A stretch of 64,000 bases of DNA from Candidatus Saccharimonadales bacterium (GCA_049521895.1 JBEKOJ010000001.1:290717-354716), one strand, 5' to 3'. Counted from the first letter of the stretch, positions 18,887 through 29,360 are shown. The notes: a model not told the origin generated them from the letters alone. Numbers and translations are program-made.

Positions 18887-19438
18887 TTATTGGCTCCCCC
18901 CGCTGGTGCTAGTGGTTGTTGCCACAGATTTAACTCCGGTTATCAGACCTTGTACCGACGACTTGTAGGCTTGCAATGCCGTGACTTCGCCGTTGACATC
19001 ATCTTTAAATTGCTGGAGCGTGCCCAGTGGGTCAGTGCCGGAACAACTAAAGCTGGTGCTGTCGGTCTTGACCTGGTTAACCGCGCTCTGGGCGGCAGTT
19101 TTGTCGGTATTTACCATGGTCACCAGCGCGTTGTAGTTACTTAAGGTCTTGCCGCTTTTAGTGTAAAAGTTCTCAACCTTTGTAGCGACATCTGTGATGA
19201 GCGCCAGATGGCGGTTGCCGCGGTTGGTAATTCTGGTCAAAATTCCATCTATAACGCTCTGGCGGGCCGTACATACTTTTAACTTAGCTGCGTCCAGCCT
19301 GGCGCTAGCCGCTGCCTGGGCCGTCGAACTGGTCGTCGCCAGAGCAAACGCCGGCGCTAGCACTGCCATCGGAGCGCCGGCGATGACCAGTGTGCCACCG
19401 GCCACGATTAGCGCTGATCGAAGTTTCACTTTTCGCAT
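18887..19438 (-). CDS. Secreted hypothetical protein
   Basis: N-terminal signal-like MRKVKLRSALIVAGGTLVIAGAPMAVLAPAFA. Adjacent to the pilin-like gene. Confidence 0.6.
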   Translation of the reverse strand: MRKVKLRSALIVAGGTLVIAGAPMAVLAPAFALATTSSTAQAAASARLDAAKLKVCTARQSVIDGILTRITNRGNRHLALITDVATKVENFYTKSGKTLSNYNALVTMVNTDKTAAQSAVNQVKTDSTSFSCSGTDPLGTLQQFKDDVNGEVTALQAYKSSVQGLITGVKSVATTTSTSGGSQ

Positions 19439-19510
19439 AAAATCCTTCCCTCTTAGCTTAATTTATTAGCAGTACCATCTAGCTTATGTTAGCCGCGTTT
19501 GGCAGTCAAC

Positions 19511-20062
19511 CTAGTCCGTGTCACCCTCGCCCAAGTCGTTGAGCATAGCTATCAATTTGTCTTTTTCAATGGTAGAGCAGTCTATCTTCTGTTCGTTAGC
19601 GATAATATAGCCCTGCAGCAACCTTTGCAGTCTAATCGCATCTTGCCGCCATAAAAAGTTTACAGAGTACGGGTTGGTAACAAAGTATCTGGAGGCGGTA
19701 TGTACCGAGCCAAAAAACGGCCCGACATCGGCTTCAACACTTAGGATATCGCGAATCGGCACGCTGGTTATTTTGGCGACTCTAAAAAAGATCCGGTGGG
19801 CTATGGTCAGCTTTTCGCGGTCAACGGTAACAGTGTCCGGGAAAATATTAAAGGGAAAAACGGTGTTGGTTTTAAAGAGTACATCATGAGAGCTAAGGGC
19901 AATCCCCTTCAGTTCTCTGGGTCTAAGGATTCTTGGCAACCGGAGCTTGGCTACGGGTTTGTGCCGCACGAAGCCGCGTCGAATCAAGGCCCGTTTTATC
20001 GCCTCAAAGACATCAAGCAGCGAATCGGGGGAATTTTCGGAGAAATTTTTCCTTCTCGCCAT
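19511..20062 (-). CDS. Hypothetical protein (possibly bacterial PH-domain-like)
   Basis: 183-aa ORF. VDREKLTIAHRIFFRVAKITSVPIRDILSVEA loosely resembles bPH/DUF304 repeats. Weak call. Confidence 0.4.
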   Translation of the reverse strand: MARRKNFSENSPDSLLDVFEAIKRALIRRGFVRHKPVAKLRLPRILRPRELKGIALSSHDVLFKTNTVFPFNIFPDTVTVDREKLTIAHRIFFRVAKITSVPIRDILSVEADVGPFFGSVHTASRYFVTNPYSVNFLWRQDAIRLQRLLQGYIIANEQKIDCSTIEKDKLIAMLNDLGEGDTD

Positions 20063-20154
20063 CTCGCCCTCCGTATCTACATTATATGCCCGGAGATACT
20101 CGTAAATCTACTGACCGAACTCGTCGATCGTGGCTAATGTTCTGGCTTGCTGGT

Positions 20155-20832
20155 TTACCACTCGCGTTTTTGGCCAAAGTGCCAAAAATAACCAGATTCA
20201 TTAACTTTCGCTGCGATACGGTAAATTTCTTCGGCTACTTCTTCCGGTTCTTTATCCGGATGGTTTATACCAGTAGCTGCTACCATACCCATGTCAGTTT
20301 TCACCCAACCCGGATCTAGCGACGAAACCTTAATATTTTTATCTTTAAGATAAAAATCCAGGATGCGCGTATACATATTAAGTGCTGCTTTGGCCAGTCG
20401 GTAACCAACATGGGTTTTATCGTCAATTGGGAAGGATTGCGCGCCGTAATTAGAGTCAATATTGATAACATGGGATCCGGCAGCCATCAGCGGCAAAAGT
20501 TTTTGCGTTAGGTCAATTAGTGCGAACAGGTCAACTTCAAAAGTCTGGCGGATTTTATCAACGTCAATATTTTCATCGCGCCCGTCCAGAACGATACCGG
20601 CGTTATTAACCAAAATATCTACAGTTTTAACTTGTTTTTTAATCTGTTCTGCGATATGGTTAACTTCTTTCGGAGAAGCTAAATCCAGTCTAACTGCAGC
20701 TAGTTTATCGTTCTTAATTGGTATATCTGTCTTATTAAATGTCCCGATTACCTGCCAACCATTCTCCAAAAAAAGCTTAGCTGTAGCTAAACCAATCCCA
20801 CGGCTTGCTCCTGTTATAACAGCGGTTTTCAT
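20155..20832 (-). CDS. SDR family oxidoreductase
   Basis: TGASRGIGLA cofactor motif and YRLAK catalytic YxxxK. Confidence 0.85.
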   Translation of the reverse strand: MKTAVITGASRGIGLATAKLFLENGWQVIGTFNKTDIPIKNDKLAAVRLDLASPKEVNHIAEQIKKQVKTVDILVNNAGIVLDGRDENIDVDKIRQTFEVDLFALIDLTQKLLPLMAAGSHVINIDSNYGAQSFPIDDKTHVGYRLAKAALNMYTRILDFYLKDKNIKVSSLDPGWVKTDMGMVAATGINHPDKEPEEVAEEIYRIAAKVNESGYFWHFGQKREW

Positions 20833-20877
20833 GAACTAATCATAGCAAACCGACAAAAACCCCTGGAAATAACCGTT

Positions 20878-21294
20878 TTAGCGCTTTTGTTTGGCTCGGT
20901 CGGAGGCTTCCCAAAAATCATCAATTTTGGTGGCGTCGTGGCGGTCCAATTGGCGTGAGATGGCCCACATATCAACCGGCTCATCGCCTTCGTTGCGGTG
21001 CGAGCGGGGTGTTTTGGGCGCCACCCGCACCACCGAACCGGCGGAAACTTTTTTGATATCGTCGCCAAAGCGCATCGTTAGCGTACCCTTTGTAATAATA
21101 TAAATTTCTTCTATCTCCTCGTGGAAGTGGCCGGTACCCTGCTCAAAATCGCAGTGGGGTGGCACGCGGATTAAGGTTACCGCCAGTTGCTCGGCCCCTA
21201 GCGCCTCGGTCAGCCGGCGGAACTCGCCGGGCACATCAGTCCCGGCATAATGGTTTTTGGTATCATCGGCATTAACAATCGTGTAGTCGCTCAT
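20878..21294 (-). CDS. Cupin domain protein
   Basis: 138 aa. HFHEEIEEIYIITKG and VVRVAP resemble cupin motifs 1 and 2. Confidence 0.65.
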   Translation of the reverse strand: MSDYTIVNADDTKNHYAGTDVPGEFRRLTEALGAEQLAVTLIRVPPHCDFEQGTGHFHEEIEEIYIITKGTLTMRFGDDIKKVSAGSVVRVAPKTPRSHRNEGDEPVDMWAISRQLDRHDATKIDDFWEASDRAKQKR

Positions 21295-21311
21295 CTACAT
21301 TAATTTTAGCG

Positions 21312-22103
21312 CTAAGCTACGGCACGCTGATATTGTCTGATGGCTAAAGGTATAAATACAACCAGCAGGCCGATACACCAAAGCAGAATCTTCCAGGTTG
21401 CCCCGCCATCAGGAACCCCAAGCGCCAAATGCCTGGCAGAATTGGCCACGAATGTAACGGGTTGGTTGCGCACAAAAACCTGCAGCCAGCTAGGCATCGT
21501 TTGCACCGGTATAAAGGCGGCGCTGGCAAAGGTCAGCGGAAAGATGAATACGAAACTAGCCAGTTGGGCCGTTTCCGGGTCGTGGACGGCCATGCCGACC
21601 AGCGCGAAAACCCAGGAAAGCGCGTAGCCAAACAAGACCGCCACGCCAACCATGCCAACTGCGTCAACTGGGCCGCTGTGGAAGTGAAAACCTATCAAAT
21701 AGCCGACAGCGATCATAATCAATACCACGACCACGTTACGGACCGCGTCGGCAAGAGTCCGGCCAGCCACTACCGCCAGACGGCTCATTGGCAGCGACCT
21801 GAACCTGTCAACTATGCCCTTGCTCATATCATCAGCCAGTCCGATGCCAGTTTGTACGCCGCCGAACATTACCATCTGCACCAAAATACCCGGCAGCAAA
21901 TAGTCAATATACTTACCGCCCGGAACATGTATACTGCTGGCGAGCGCGCCGCCAAAGACATAGTTAAAAAGCAACAAAAACATTACCGGCTGGATCGACG
22001 AAAAGAATAGCAGGCGGGGTAGGCGGACATAGCGCATAAGGTTACGCCGGGTAATTATTCCCGTATCACGTAAAACTTTATAAAGACTTTTAAACAAGCC
22101 CAT
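21312..22103 (-). CDS. ABC-2 type transporter permease
   Basis: 263 aa, polytopic, start/stop-coupled to the ATPase. Confidence 0.8.
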   Translation of the reverse strand: MGLFKSLYKVLRDTGIITRRNLMRYVRLPRLLFFSSIQPVMFLLLFNYVFGGALASSIHVPGGKYIDYLLPGILVQMVMFGGVQTGIGLADDMSKGIVDRFRSLPMSRLAVVAGRTLADAVRNVVVVLIMIAVGYLIGFHFHSGPVDAVGMVGVAVLFGYALSWVFALVGMAVHDPETAQLASFVFIFPLTFASAAFIPVQTMPSWLQVFVRNQPVTFVANSARHLALGVPDGGATWKILLWCIGLLVVFIPLAIRQYQRAVA

Positions 22104-23080
22104 CAGAACGGTCTCCTGTTGGCAGTGGATGCGGACTTTGGCTGCTCGGTTTTGTCGCCTGTCAAGGCCAAGAAGACATCATCGAGCGAAGGCCGGTGTA
22201 GCGACAGTGTTGAAATTTTTAAGTTCGCGTTGCTCACGGCACCGGCGATTTCCGCCAGGCTTTTAGCGCCGTGTGCGACCGGTACAGCTAGTTGCAAAGT
22301 TGTCTCGTTAAAGCTGGGCGCCGCTTTGGAAAATTTATGCGCTACCTCCATGGCCCGGGCTTGGTCGCCGGCATTCTCCAGCCCGAATTCTACGATGTCA
22401 CCGCCAAGCTGGGTTTTAAGCTCATCGCTTGTGCCCTCGGCGATAACTTTCCCCTTGTTGATGATAGCAATTTGATCGGCCAGTTCGTCCGCTTCCTCCA
22501 GGTATTGCGTGGTCAAAAGTATAGACGTGCCAGCTTGCACCAACTCCCTAATGATCTGCCATATATCCAGACGCGATTTTGGATCGAGGCCTGATGTAGG
22601 CTCATCTAAAAATAGCACTTTGGGCCGGCCGACTAGGCTGGCACCAACATCTAAGCGCCGGCGCATACCACCAGAATACGTTCGAACTGGACGGTTTGCA
22701 GCCTCTTTTAAATCCAGTCGCTCCAGCAGTTCATCAGTCCGCTTTTTAGCCTCGGCCCGGCCTAATCCATATAAGCGGCCGGTCATGTAAACATTTTCAT
22801 AGCCGGTTTGGAACTCATCAACGGCTGCATATTGTCCAGCTAGTCCAATCGCTTCCCGAACTTTTTGCGGTTCTTCCACTACGTCAAAACCCAGTACTTG
22901 GGCTGAACCTTTGTCAGGCACATGCAGCGTACTTAAGACCTTGATTATAGTTGTTTTACCGGCGCCATTGGGACCAAGCAGGCCAAAAATTTTGTTTTCT
23001 GGCGCGATCAACGTAACATCATCTACGGCTTTTAACTCGCCGAAGCGTTTTAGCAAATGTTTTGTCTCAAACGCATTCAT
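22103..23080 (-). CDS. ABC transporter ATP-binding protein (DrrA-like, with C-terminal extension)
   Basis: GPNGAGKTT, YSGGMRRRLDV, VLFLDEPTSGLD. Confidence 0.9.
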   Translation of the reverse strand: MNAFETKHLLKRFGELKAVDDVTLIAPENKIFGLLGPNGAGKTTIIKVLSTLHVPDKGSAQVLGFDVVEEPQKVREAIGLAGQYAAVDEFQTGYENVYMTGRLYGLGRAEAKKRTDELLERLDLKEAANRPVRTYSGGMRRRLDVGASLVGRPKVLFLDEPTSGLDPKSRLDIWQIIRELVQAGTSILLTTQYLEEADELADQIAIINKGKVIAEGTSDELKTQLGGDIVEFGLENAGDQARAMEVAHKFSKAAPSFNETTLQLAVPVAHGAKSLAEIAGAVSNANLKISTLSLHRPSLDDVFLALTGDKTEQPKSASTANRRPF

Positions 23081-23165
23081 AGCTACCAGAGTAACACAGA
23101 CTGTTCCCCTAAATAACAGCCCAGATACAAAAAAAGCCTTCTAGGACGTATTCTATACTTAGAAC

Positions 23166-23732
23166 ATGGCTAATAAAGTTGTCCGCTATCTTGTCTTAAG
23201 CCAGTTGAGTTTGTTTATTTTTCTAGGCACTTGCATCGCGCTTTTGCCCAGGTTCCTTTTTGAGCGTAACGAAGGCGGTGTAAGCAATTACGGGGTCCAC
23301 GCGGCAACGATAGTGCCCTACTCTCTTGCGTTTTTACTTTGCGGTGTGTTTATTTTGCAAGCGGCCCGCTATATTCCACGCACCACGCAATCACTCAACT
23401 GTTTACGTTACGCACTATACGCTCTTGCGGGCTTGCTTTTTTTAGTCTTAGCCACAACTTACCCGTATAAAATTAATTCGACGCTAAGAATCATTCATAT
23501 AATTTCGGGCGTCATGATATTTTGTTTTGAAATGGTTATGGCTGTCTGGTTGGTGATGGTCTTAGTGAAAGACAGGGTCAATATCTCGTTGTTAGCCGCG
23601 CAACTTGTAGGTTTTTTTATAGCTTTTTTTACCCTTATCGGGGCCGCGCATCTTTTGTTTGTCGCGCAATCAATTACCGGCATGGCTTTTGGCGCCTTGC
23701 TCATACGCATTGGCAGCCAACTCTGCATGTAA
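23166..23732 (+). CDS. Polytopic membrane protein, unknown function
   Basis: 188 aa with 5-6 hydrophobic helices. Confidence 0.6.
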   Translation: MANKVVRYLVLSQLSLFIFLGTCIALLPRFLFERNEGGVSNYGVHAATIVPYSLAFLLCGVFILQAARYIPRTTQSLNCLRYALYALAGLLFLVLATTYPYKINSTLRIIHIISGVMIFCFEMVMAVWLVMVLVKDRVNISLLAAQLVGFFIAFFTLIGAAHLLFVAQSITGMAFGALLIRIGSQLCM

Positions 23733-23838
23733 GGCTTGGTGTCTTTCAAAAAGGTTGGCTTCAAACCTATGGCTGAGCACACCAAGCTGAAATTCTTTGG
23801 TTGTATTATCGGCCATAATACATATAAGATGGGTGCTA

Positions 23839-24825
23839 ATGGCACAACCGGTTGTACTCACAAAAAACCTAAAAAAGTTTTTTCCTAGTAAAAAAGGCGT
23901 GATCAAGGCCGTTAATGGAATTAACTTGTCAGTTGAAAGCGGCGAGGTATTTGGGTTTTTGGGGCCAAATGGCGCCGGTAAAACCACAACCCTGCGGATG
24001 CTGGCAACACTTATGACTCCGGACGGTGGTTTAGCTACCGTCGCTGGCTTCGATGTGGTAAAACAACCCGGCGAGGTACGCCGGCACATTGGCTACGTAG
24101 GGCAAAGCGGCGGCTCAGACCGGCCGGCAACCGGGTTGGAAAATCTGGTTCTCCAGGGCCGTTTGTACGGCATGTCATATCAGGAAGCAAAAAAACGAGC
24201 CAATGAGCTTGTTAAATTACTTCAGCTGAGTGACTTTGCCCAACGGATTGTCTATACATATTCCGGCGGCCAACGCCGGCGGCTGGATGTCGCCCTTGGT
24301 ATCATGCACCGGCCCGATGTGCTGTTTCTTGATGAACCGACAACTGGCCTTGACCCGCAAAACCGCGCTAACCTGTGGGTTCAGATCCAAAAACTTAGAG
24401 ACAGCGGTGTCACGATTTTCTTAACCACCCATTATCTTGAAGAAGCTGACGCCTTGTCTGACCGTTTGGCAATTATAGACCAAGGTAAAATTGTCGCCGA
24501 AGGAACCCCTCAGGTTTTGAAAGAAGAAGTAGGCCAAGATTGTATTACGATTGGCCTTGAAAACCAGAAAGAAAAAGCCCAAAAGTTAGTGGCGCTACTC
24601 AAAGAAAAAAGCTTTATCCGAAGTATTACCGAGCAGCCGGAGCATTTAAACCTGTACGTTAAAAAGGCGGCAGGCTCGCTACCCCAGATTTTGCAGATGA
24701 TGGGACAACAAAACATCAAGCTCCAAGCGATAACGATTACCAAGCCGACGCTTGACGATGTATTTTTGCAAAAAACCGGCTATTCACTGCGGGACAAAGA
24801 CGCTGATGAGGAACTACAAAAATGA
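23839..24825 (+). CDS. ABC transporter ATP-binding protein (DrrA-like)
   Basis: GPNGAGKTT, YSGGQRRRLDV, VLFLDEPTTGLD. The ORF track starts at 23797; the ATG at 23839 (MAQPVV...) seems more likely. Confidence 0.9.
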   Translation: MAQPVVLTKNLKKFFPSKKGVIKAVNGINLSVESGEVFGFLGPNGAGKTTTLRMLATLMTPDGGLATVAGFDVVKQPGEVRRHIGYVGQSGGSDRPATGLENLVLQGRLYGMSYQEAKKRANELVKLLQLSDFAQRIVYTYSGGQRRRLDVALGIMHRPDVLFLDEPTTGLDPQNRANLWVQIQKLRDSGVTIFLTTHYLEEADALSDRLAIIDQGKIVAEGTPQVLKEEVGQDCITIGLENQKEKAQKLVALLKEKSFIRSITEQPEHLNLYVKKAAGSLPQILQMMGQQNIKLQAITITKPTLDDVFLQKTGYSLRDKDADEELQK

Positions 24826-25583
24826 AAACTTTACATGATATCAGGTTGCTTTTCTGGCGCAAGATGATGGAAACACTCCGCAACCCTATTTTTATTATTA
24901 TCAGTATGTCAACGCCGATTATTTATCTGGTGCTTTTTTCGCCGCTTTTGAAAAAACTTACCGGCGTGCCCAGTTTTAGCTCAGGCAACGTCCTTAATAC
25001 CTTTATCCCCGGGCTTCTGGTAATCGTGGCGTTCTTGAGCGGCCTTTTTGTCGGCTATACCATGATTGACGAAGTCAAGACCGGCGTGGTTGAACGCTTT
25101 CGCGTAACGCCCGTAAGCCGGTTTGCCCTGCTGGCTGGCCGGGTTTTAAGGGACCTGGTTAATACGCTGGTCGTTATCATATTCTTTGCCCTTATCGCCA
25201 TTCCTTTTGGATTTCATATCCACCTGCTTGGTTTTCTTGTTTTGCTGGTCTTGCTGTCTTTGTTACTCATCACTACTTCGTCTTTCGGCAACGCGCTAGG
25301 CTTGATCTTAAAAGACGAGGACAGGTTGTCACCGATAGTCCAAGGCATTAACTTACCTGTTCTTTTGCTATCCGGCATGCTCCTGCCGATGTCGCTGGCA
25401 CCGACGTGGCTGCAAGTCATCGCCCACTTTAACCCTGCTTATTACGCAGTGGAGGCCGGAAGATTATTGGCAGCAGGACATATTTTTGAGGCCAAGGTCG
25501 GGGAAGCTTTCTTATTTATGGTGCCTCTGACTATCATTGTCGTAGTTTGGGCTACCAAGGCATTTAATAACGCTGTGTCTTAA
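24822..25583 (+). CDS. ABC-2 type transporter permease
   Basis: 253 aa, polytopic, with a 4-nt overlap with the ATPase gene. Confidence 0.8.
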   Translation: MKTLHDIRLLFWRKMMETLRNPIFIIISMSTPIIYLVLFSPLLKKLTGVPSFSSGNVLNTFIPGLLVIVAFLSGLFVGYTMIDEVKTGVVERFRVTPVSRFALLAGRVLRDLVNTLVVIIFFALIAIPFGFHIHLLGFLVLLVLLSLLLITTSSFGNALGLILKDEDRLSPIVQGINLPVLLLSGMLLPMSLAPTWLQVIAHFNPAYYAVEAGRLLAAGHIFEAKVGEAFLFMVPLTIIVVVWATKAFNNAVS

Positions 25584-25625
25584 AGTTTTTAGTTAGCGCG
25601 GCGATTGGCGCCAGATTGATTATCC

Positions 25626-26264
25626 TTATCCATTTACTTTATCAGCAAAAACTACGAGCCGGTTAGAGTAACTCTGCAGAGTCTCATTCCAAGTCCCTTC
25701 GCAAGTAATAAGAACGAGGTGTGCCTTTCCATCACTTGCACGAAAGACGTCTGAAGCGTCCTCACTACTACCATACGTCTGGACTTCGCGTACTATAAAA
25801 GTAGTAGTCGCCCCTTTGTCGTCCACAACGTATACGTTGTCCCCGTTTTGCAATTCATGCAGATTATCAAATACTGCTGGTATGTTATCTTCCCAGCCGT
25901 AGTGTCCATCAATGACTGCGTCCCCTTGTTCGCCGGGGCGCGGCCCCCCGTCGTACCAAGCGGCGTCGGCGGGACCTTTTGGTACACCTAGTGCACCCTG
26001 GGGTGTGAGGCCCACATAGTCTAGGGCGGCATCAACATTAATTTCTGGGATCTTGAGACGCACCGGAAACCCGGCAGTTGGTTCTGGTTGTTTGGATGGG
26101 GCAGTAGTCTTGGCGGCAAGCGTTGCCGATGCATTCTGGACCTTGCTTTTACTGCGGGTTGAGCTTATTAAAACAAGACAAAGAATAATTACAAGAGCAA
26201 GCGCCAACCCTATAGAAACTACTACTAATGGTGTTCGCTTTAATAAGGTTTTCGGTAAACCCAT
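25626..26264 (-). CDS. Sortase family transpeptidase
   Basis: N-terminal TM anchor, catalytic-region pattern GH...LVLITCEG...R (TLxTC-like). Confidence 0.8.
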   Translation of the reverse strand: MGLPKTLLKRTPLVVVSIGLALALVIILCLVLISSTRSKSKVQNASATLAAKTTAPSKQPEPTAGFPVRLKIPEINVDAALDYVGLTPQGALGVPKGPADAAWYDGGPRPGEQGDAVIDGHYGWEDNIPAVFDNLHELQNGDNVYVVDDKGATTTFIVREVQTYGSSEDASDVFRASDGKAHLVLITCEGTWNETLQSYSNRLVVFADKVNG

Positions 26265-26288
26265 ACGTAACTCTTCTGAATGCTTTGG

Positions 26289-27203
26289 CTAAATCGCTCG
26301 TCTTTTTCGAGCTATGAGCAGCGAGGCTAGGGCGACAACAAATCCGGCTGGAATGATGATGCTCCATAAGCTGCTATTGTCATTCTTGGGAGCAAGTCCG
26401 GTATTCGGCAATGTTGGCGAAGTGGTAGTGGTGCCAGTAGTAGTTGTCGCGCAAGTTGATACTTTAACGGTAGTCATGTTCAATGTAACCGCGCCATTTC
26501 TTGCCAGCAGTCTTCCGCTAACGTTCGAGCTGCCGTTATCGGCGATGGATGTTAAGGCCATGATGGTTCCTACAAAGGTAGAGCCCGTACCAAGTGTCGC
26601 GGAGCTGGTGACTTGCCAAAAGACATTGCAAGCCTGAGCACCATTAACAAGCCGTACAACGCTAGCCGATGCCGTGACGAGAGTGGAACTGGCCTGGAAA
26701 ATGAAAACTGCAGACGAGTTGCCCTGGCCATCGAGTGTCAGAGGGCTCGCAGCGGTCAGGTTAGCAGTTGAAGCGCCACCGAACGAATAAATACCAGCGG
26801 TTAGGGTTTGCCCGCCAAGCTGGTTGTCAGAACCACTAAGTACAGTAGCTGGTGTTCGTCCAGCAGCATCTAGATAAGCGGTTGTCAGGTCGTTTTTAGC
26901 TGTAGTCAGTAAGGCGGGATTGTCTACGGAACCTGTAGGACCGAAGGCATCTACGGCATATATCGTGCCCGTTACCTGGGCTGTCGTTAAGCCGATACCG
27001 GCGCCAGTTGCTGGACTCAGCCCAACATCTCCGGTAATAACAGAAGTGGGAACATTCGTAATGTTGGGGGTACCAGCTAAAACCGCGAAGCTGTTAGCTG
27101 TACCGAGACTTACCGTAGTCAGGGCCATGACTTGCCCGGTGAGACCAAGCACGAATGTAACGACCAGCCCAATTGCTATTGAATGCTTATTAAATATTTT
27201 CAT
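26289..27203 (-). CDS. Ice-binding-like (DUF3494) surface protein with LPNTG sorting signal
   Basis: FAVLAGTPNITNVPTSVITGDVGLSP is DUF3494-like. The C-terminus has LPNTG, a hydrophobic segment and an RKRR tail. Confidence 0.75.
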   Translation of the reverse strand: MKIFNKHSIAIGLVVTFVLGLTGQVMALTTVSLGTANSFAVLAGTPNITNVPTSVITGDVGLSPATGAGIGLTTAQVTGTIYAVDAFGPTGSVDNPALLTTAKNDLTTAYLDAAGRTPATVLSGSDNQLGGQTLTAGIYSFGGASTANLTAASPLTLDGQGNSSAVFIFQASSTLVTASASVVRLVNGAQACNVFWQVTSSATLGTGSTFVGTIMALTSIADNGSSNVSGRLLARNGAVTLNMTTVKVSTCATTTTGTTTTSPTLPNTGLAPKNDNSSLWSIIIPAGFVVALASLLIARKRRAI

Positions 27204-27373
27204 TTATTGATTTACTCGCTCGTTAATTTACTTTTACTCTATCTTTCTTGATTATGCTTGTCAATGGCCCACCGATGGCCAGAAACCTCCACGCCTAATT
27301 ATAACAGGGGGGGTTGGTTCTGTCACATGTTGCGACGTCCTTTTACCCATCGTACAAAGCGCATCTAGTGATG

Positions 27374-27392
27374 GGGCATACCGGTCTGGAAC
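27374..27392 (+). repeat. Junction-like motif M1
   Basis: GGGCATACCGGTCTGGAAC, 82 nt upstream of 27474..27767. Consensus G(A/G)GCATAC.GGTCTGGAAC. Confidence 0.45.
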
Positions 27393-27473
27393 TTTTTTAG
27401 AGTTAAATCAAGGCTTATAAAAAAGCTCCGGAGCATTTACAATGATGGATGATAGATAAAATAGGAGATTGTA

Positions 27474-27767
27474 ATGACAAGTGTTCTTATCTTAGGGTTT
27501 ATCGCCGGGCTTTTGGGCGGCAATGGCCTGCCCCACTTCGTTAAAGGTATTACTGGCCAAAAATACCACTCGCCTTTTGGCAAGGAATCATCAGCTGCGG
27601 TAAACGTCATATGGGGCTGGATCAACTTTGTGGTTGCTGTCCTGGTTTGGCACATAGCACCTATGCGCCAGCATCCGCGGGCAGCTTTCCTAGCGGTATC
27701 ATTGGGCGTACTAGCCATCGGCTTGATACTGGCTAACACTCGGTCCAAACATCAGCACAATAAATAA
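27474..27767 (+). CDS. Small membrane protein
   Basis: 97 aa, 3 hydrophobic helices, GGAG upstream. Preferred over the antisense ORF 27437..27748. Confidence 0.6.
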   Translation: MTSVLILGFIAGLLGGNGLPHFVKGITGQKYHSPFGKESSAAVNVIWGWINFVVAVLVWHIAPMRQHPRAAFLAVSLGVLAIGLILANTRSKHQHNK

Positions 27768-27830
27768 AGCTTTTTCTTGACGAAAATCTAATCGGGTATA
27801 TCAACCTGGGTTCTTTTTGTGTTTCGATAC

Positions 27831-29360
27831 CTATTCCCCTTCAACCGAGAACTGCAACTTGGTTGCCGATTGTCGCATGGTCAGAGCCGAGGCGGCGGCC
27901 GCTATCAGCATAATCACACCAGCTAGCCGCAGAGCAATGTCTAGACCGTTGCCAAAAGCCTGATATGTTGCGTCAGTTACTTGTTGCACCAACTGGGGGT
28001 GGCTCAACACTGCTCCAGCCGACACATGACTATTGGCCGGCAAGTTACCACCGTGGGTGATGGCATAAATGACTAATGATTGAAAATCATGAGGCAGCCC
28101 CAACGCCTGGAGTTTTTGTACTAACTGCGATGTCAGCTGGCCGTTGACTATAGTGCCCAGGATAGCTACCCCAAAAACACCGCCAAGTTCCCTGAATGTA
28201 TTGAAAGTTGAGGCTGCCATACCAGAGCGCTCAGCTGGCACAATCGTCAACACCATTGAGGTTGCGGTAACCAGCGTCATGCCAAAACCAAAACCAACAA
28301 TGGCCAGCGGCCAAGCCAGAGTCACAGTACCAACGCTGGGCTTAAGTACAGCATCCACTGCAAATATACCGATACTGGCCACAATACACCCAACTACCAT
28401 AGGCAAAGCCGGCCCGCTTTTAGACACCCATCGCCCTGTAATATACGTGGCCAACATCATAGTGGCGGCCATAGCTATAAAAGCTAGCGCTATGTCATAG
28501 CCCGAGAAACCGACCACGATTGCCAAGTATAGTGCCGTGAAGAAAAAGATGGCGAACACGCCAAAACTAGTGGCTAGAGCCACAAAATTAGCACCAGCAA
28601 AGGCCGGTTTACGAAAAAAGTCTAGTTTGAGTACCGGGTCGCGGCTGCGTGACTCCCATAGTATGAATAAGCCGCCTCCCAGTAGCGACAGGGCGAATAA
28701 CAGATCAATCCACCAAGTACGGTAGCCTGACGATTCACCTTGAATAACCGCAAATGTCACAACCGCTAACGCTGCTGTTCCAATTATTAATCCGCCAATA
28801 TCTAAATGGCGGCCACTAGGATCAGCGCTTTCAGGCAGCATCTTCAGGCCGACAATAAATACCAGAAGGCCAACAACCAGATTAAAGGCAAAAATCCCCC
28901 GCCAGCTGGTAAAACCAGTAATAATACCGCCGATAATCGGGCCGAAAGCCAGTGCGACTCCCGATACCGCTGCCCAGACGCCAAGCGCGCGGGCCCGAGA
29001 CTTTCTCTCCGGATAAATATGGCGGATCATAGATAGTGTCCCGGGCTCCGAGGCTGCGGCGCCTATGCCCATAATGACTCTGCCGATCGTTAATATGCCG
29101 CTTGACGGCGCCAGCATGGCTACGACTGAGCCGGCCGAAAATAAGGCCACGCCACCCAGCATTATTTTTTTGCGGCCGAATATATCACCTAAAGTCCCGC
29201 CTGTGAGCATTAATGCCGCAAAGGCCAGCATATAGCCGTCAACAATCCACTGCAAAGCCTGCACGCCGGCATTAAGATTAGTCTGCACACCGGACAACAC
29301 TACACTTACAATCGTGTTGTCTAAAAATGTTAAGAATAGGATTGTACAGATTATAGCCAA
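27831..29360 (-). CDS. MFS transporter (DHA2/EmrB-QacA-like, 14-TM type)
   Basis: About 14 TM helices with motif GTLGDIFGRKK. AAGGAGG lies about 45 nt upstream of the TTG start, so the true start may be further upstream. Confidence 0.8.
   Translation of the reverse strand: MAIICTILFLTFLDNTIVSVVLSGVQTNLNAGVQALQWIVDGYMLAFAALMLTGGTLGDIFGRKKIMLGGVALFSAGSVVAMLAPSSGILTIGRVIMGIGAAASEPGTLSMIRHIYPERKSRARALGVWAAVSGVALAFGPIIGGIITGFTSWRGIFAFNLVVGLLVFIVGLKMLPESADPSGRHLDIGGLIIGTAALAVVTFAVIQGESSGYRTWWIDLLFALSLLGGGLFILWESRSRDPVLKLDFFRKPAFAGANFVALATSFGVFAIFFFTALYLAIVVGFSGYDIALAFIAMAATMMLATYITGRWVSKSGPALPMVVGCIVASIGIFAVDAVLKPSVGTVTLAWPLAIVGFGFGMTLVTATSMVLTIVPAERSGMAASTFNTFRELGGVFGVAILGTIVNGQLTSQLVQKLQALGLPHDFQSLVIYAITHGGNLPANSHVSAGAVLSHPQLVQQVTDATYQAFGNGLDIALRLAGVIMLIAAAASALTMRQSATKLQFSVEGE

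Noticed and set aside
27437-27748. Minus-strand 103-aa ORF
   Set aside because: It is antisense to 27474..27767, which encodes a coherent 3-TM protein with an upstream GGAG.
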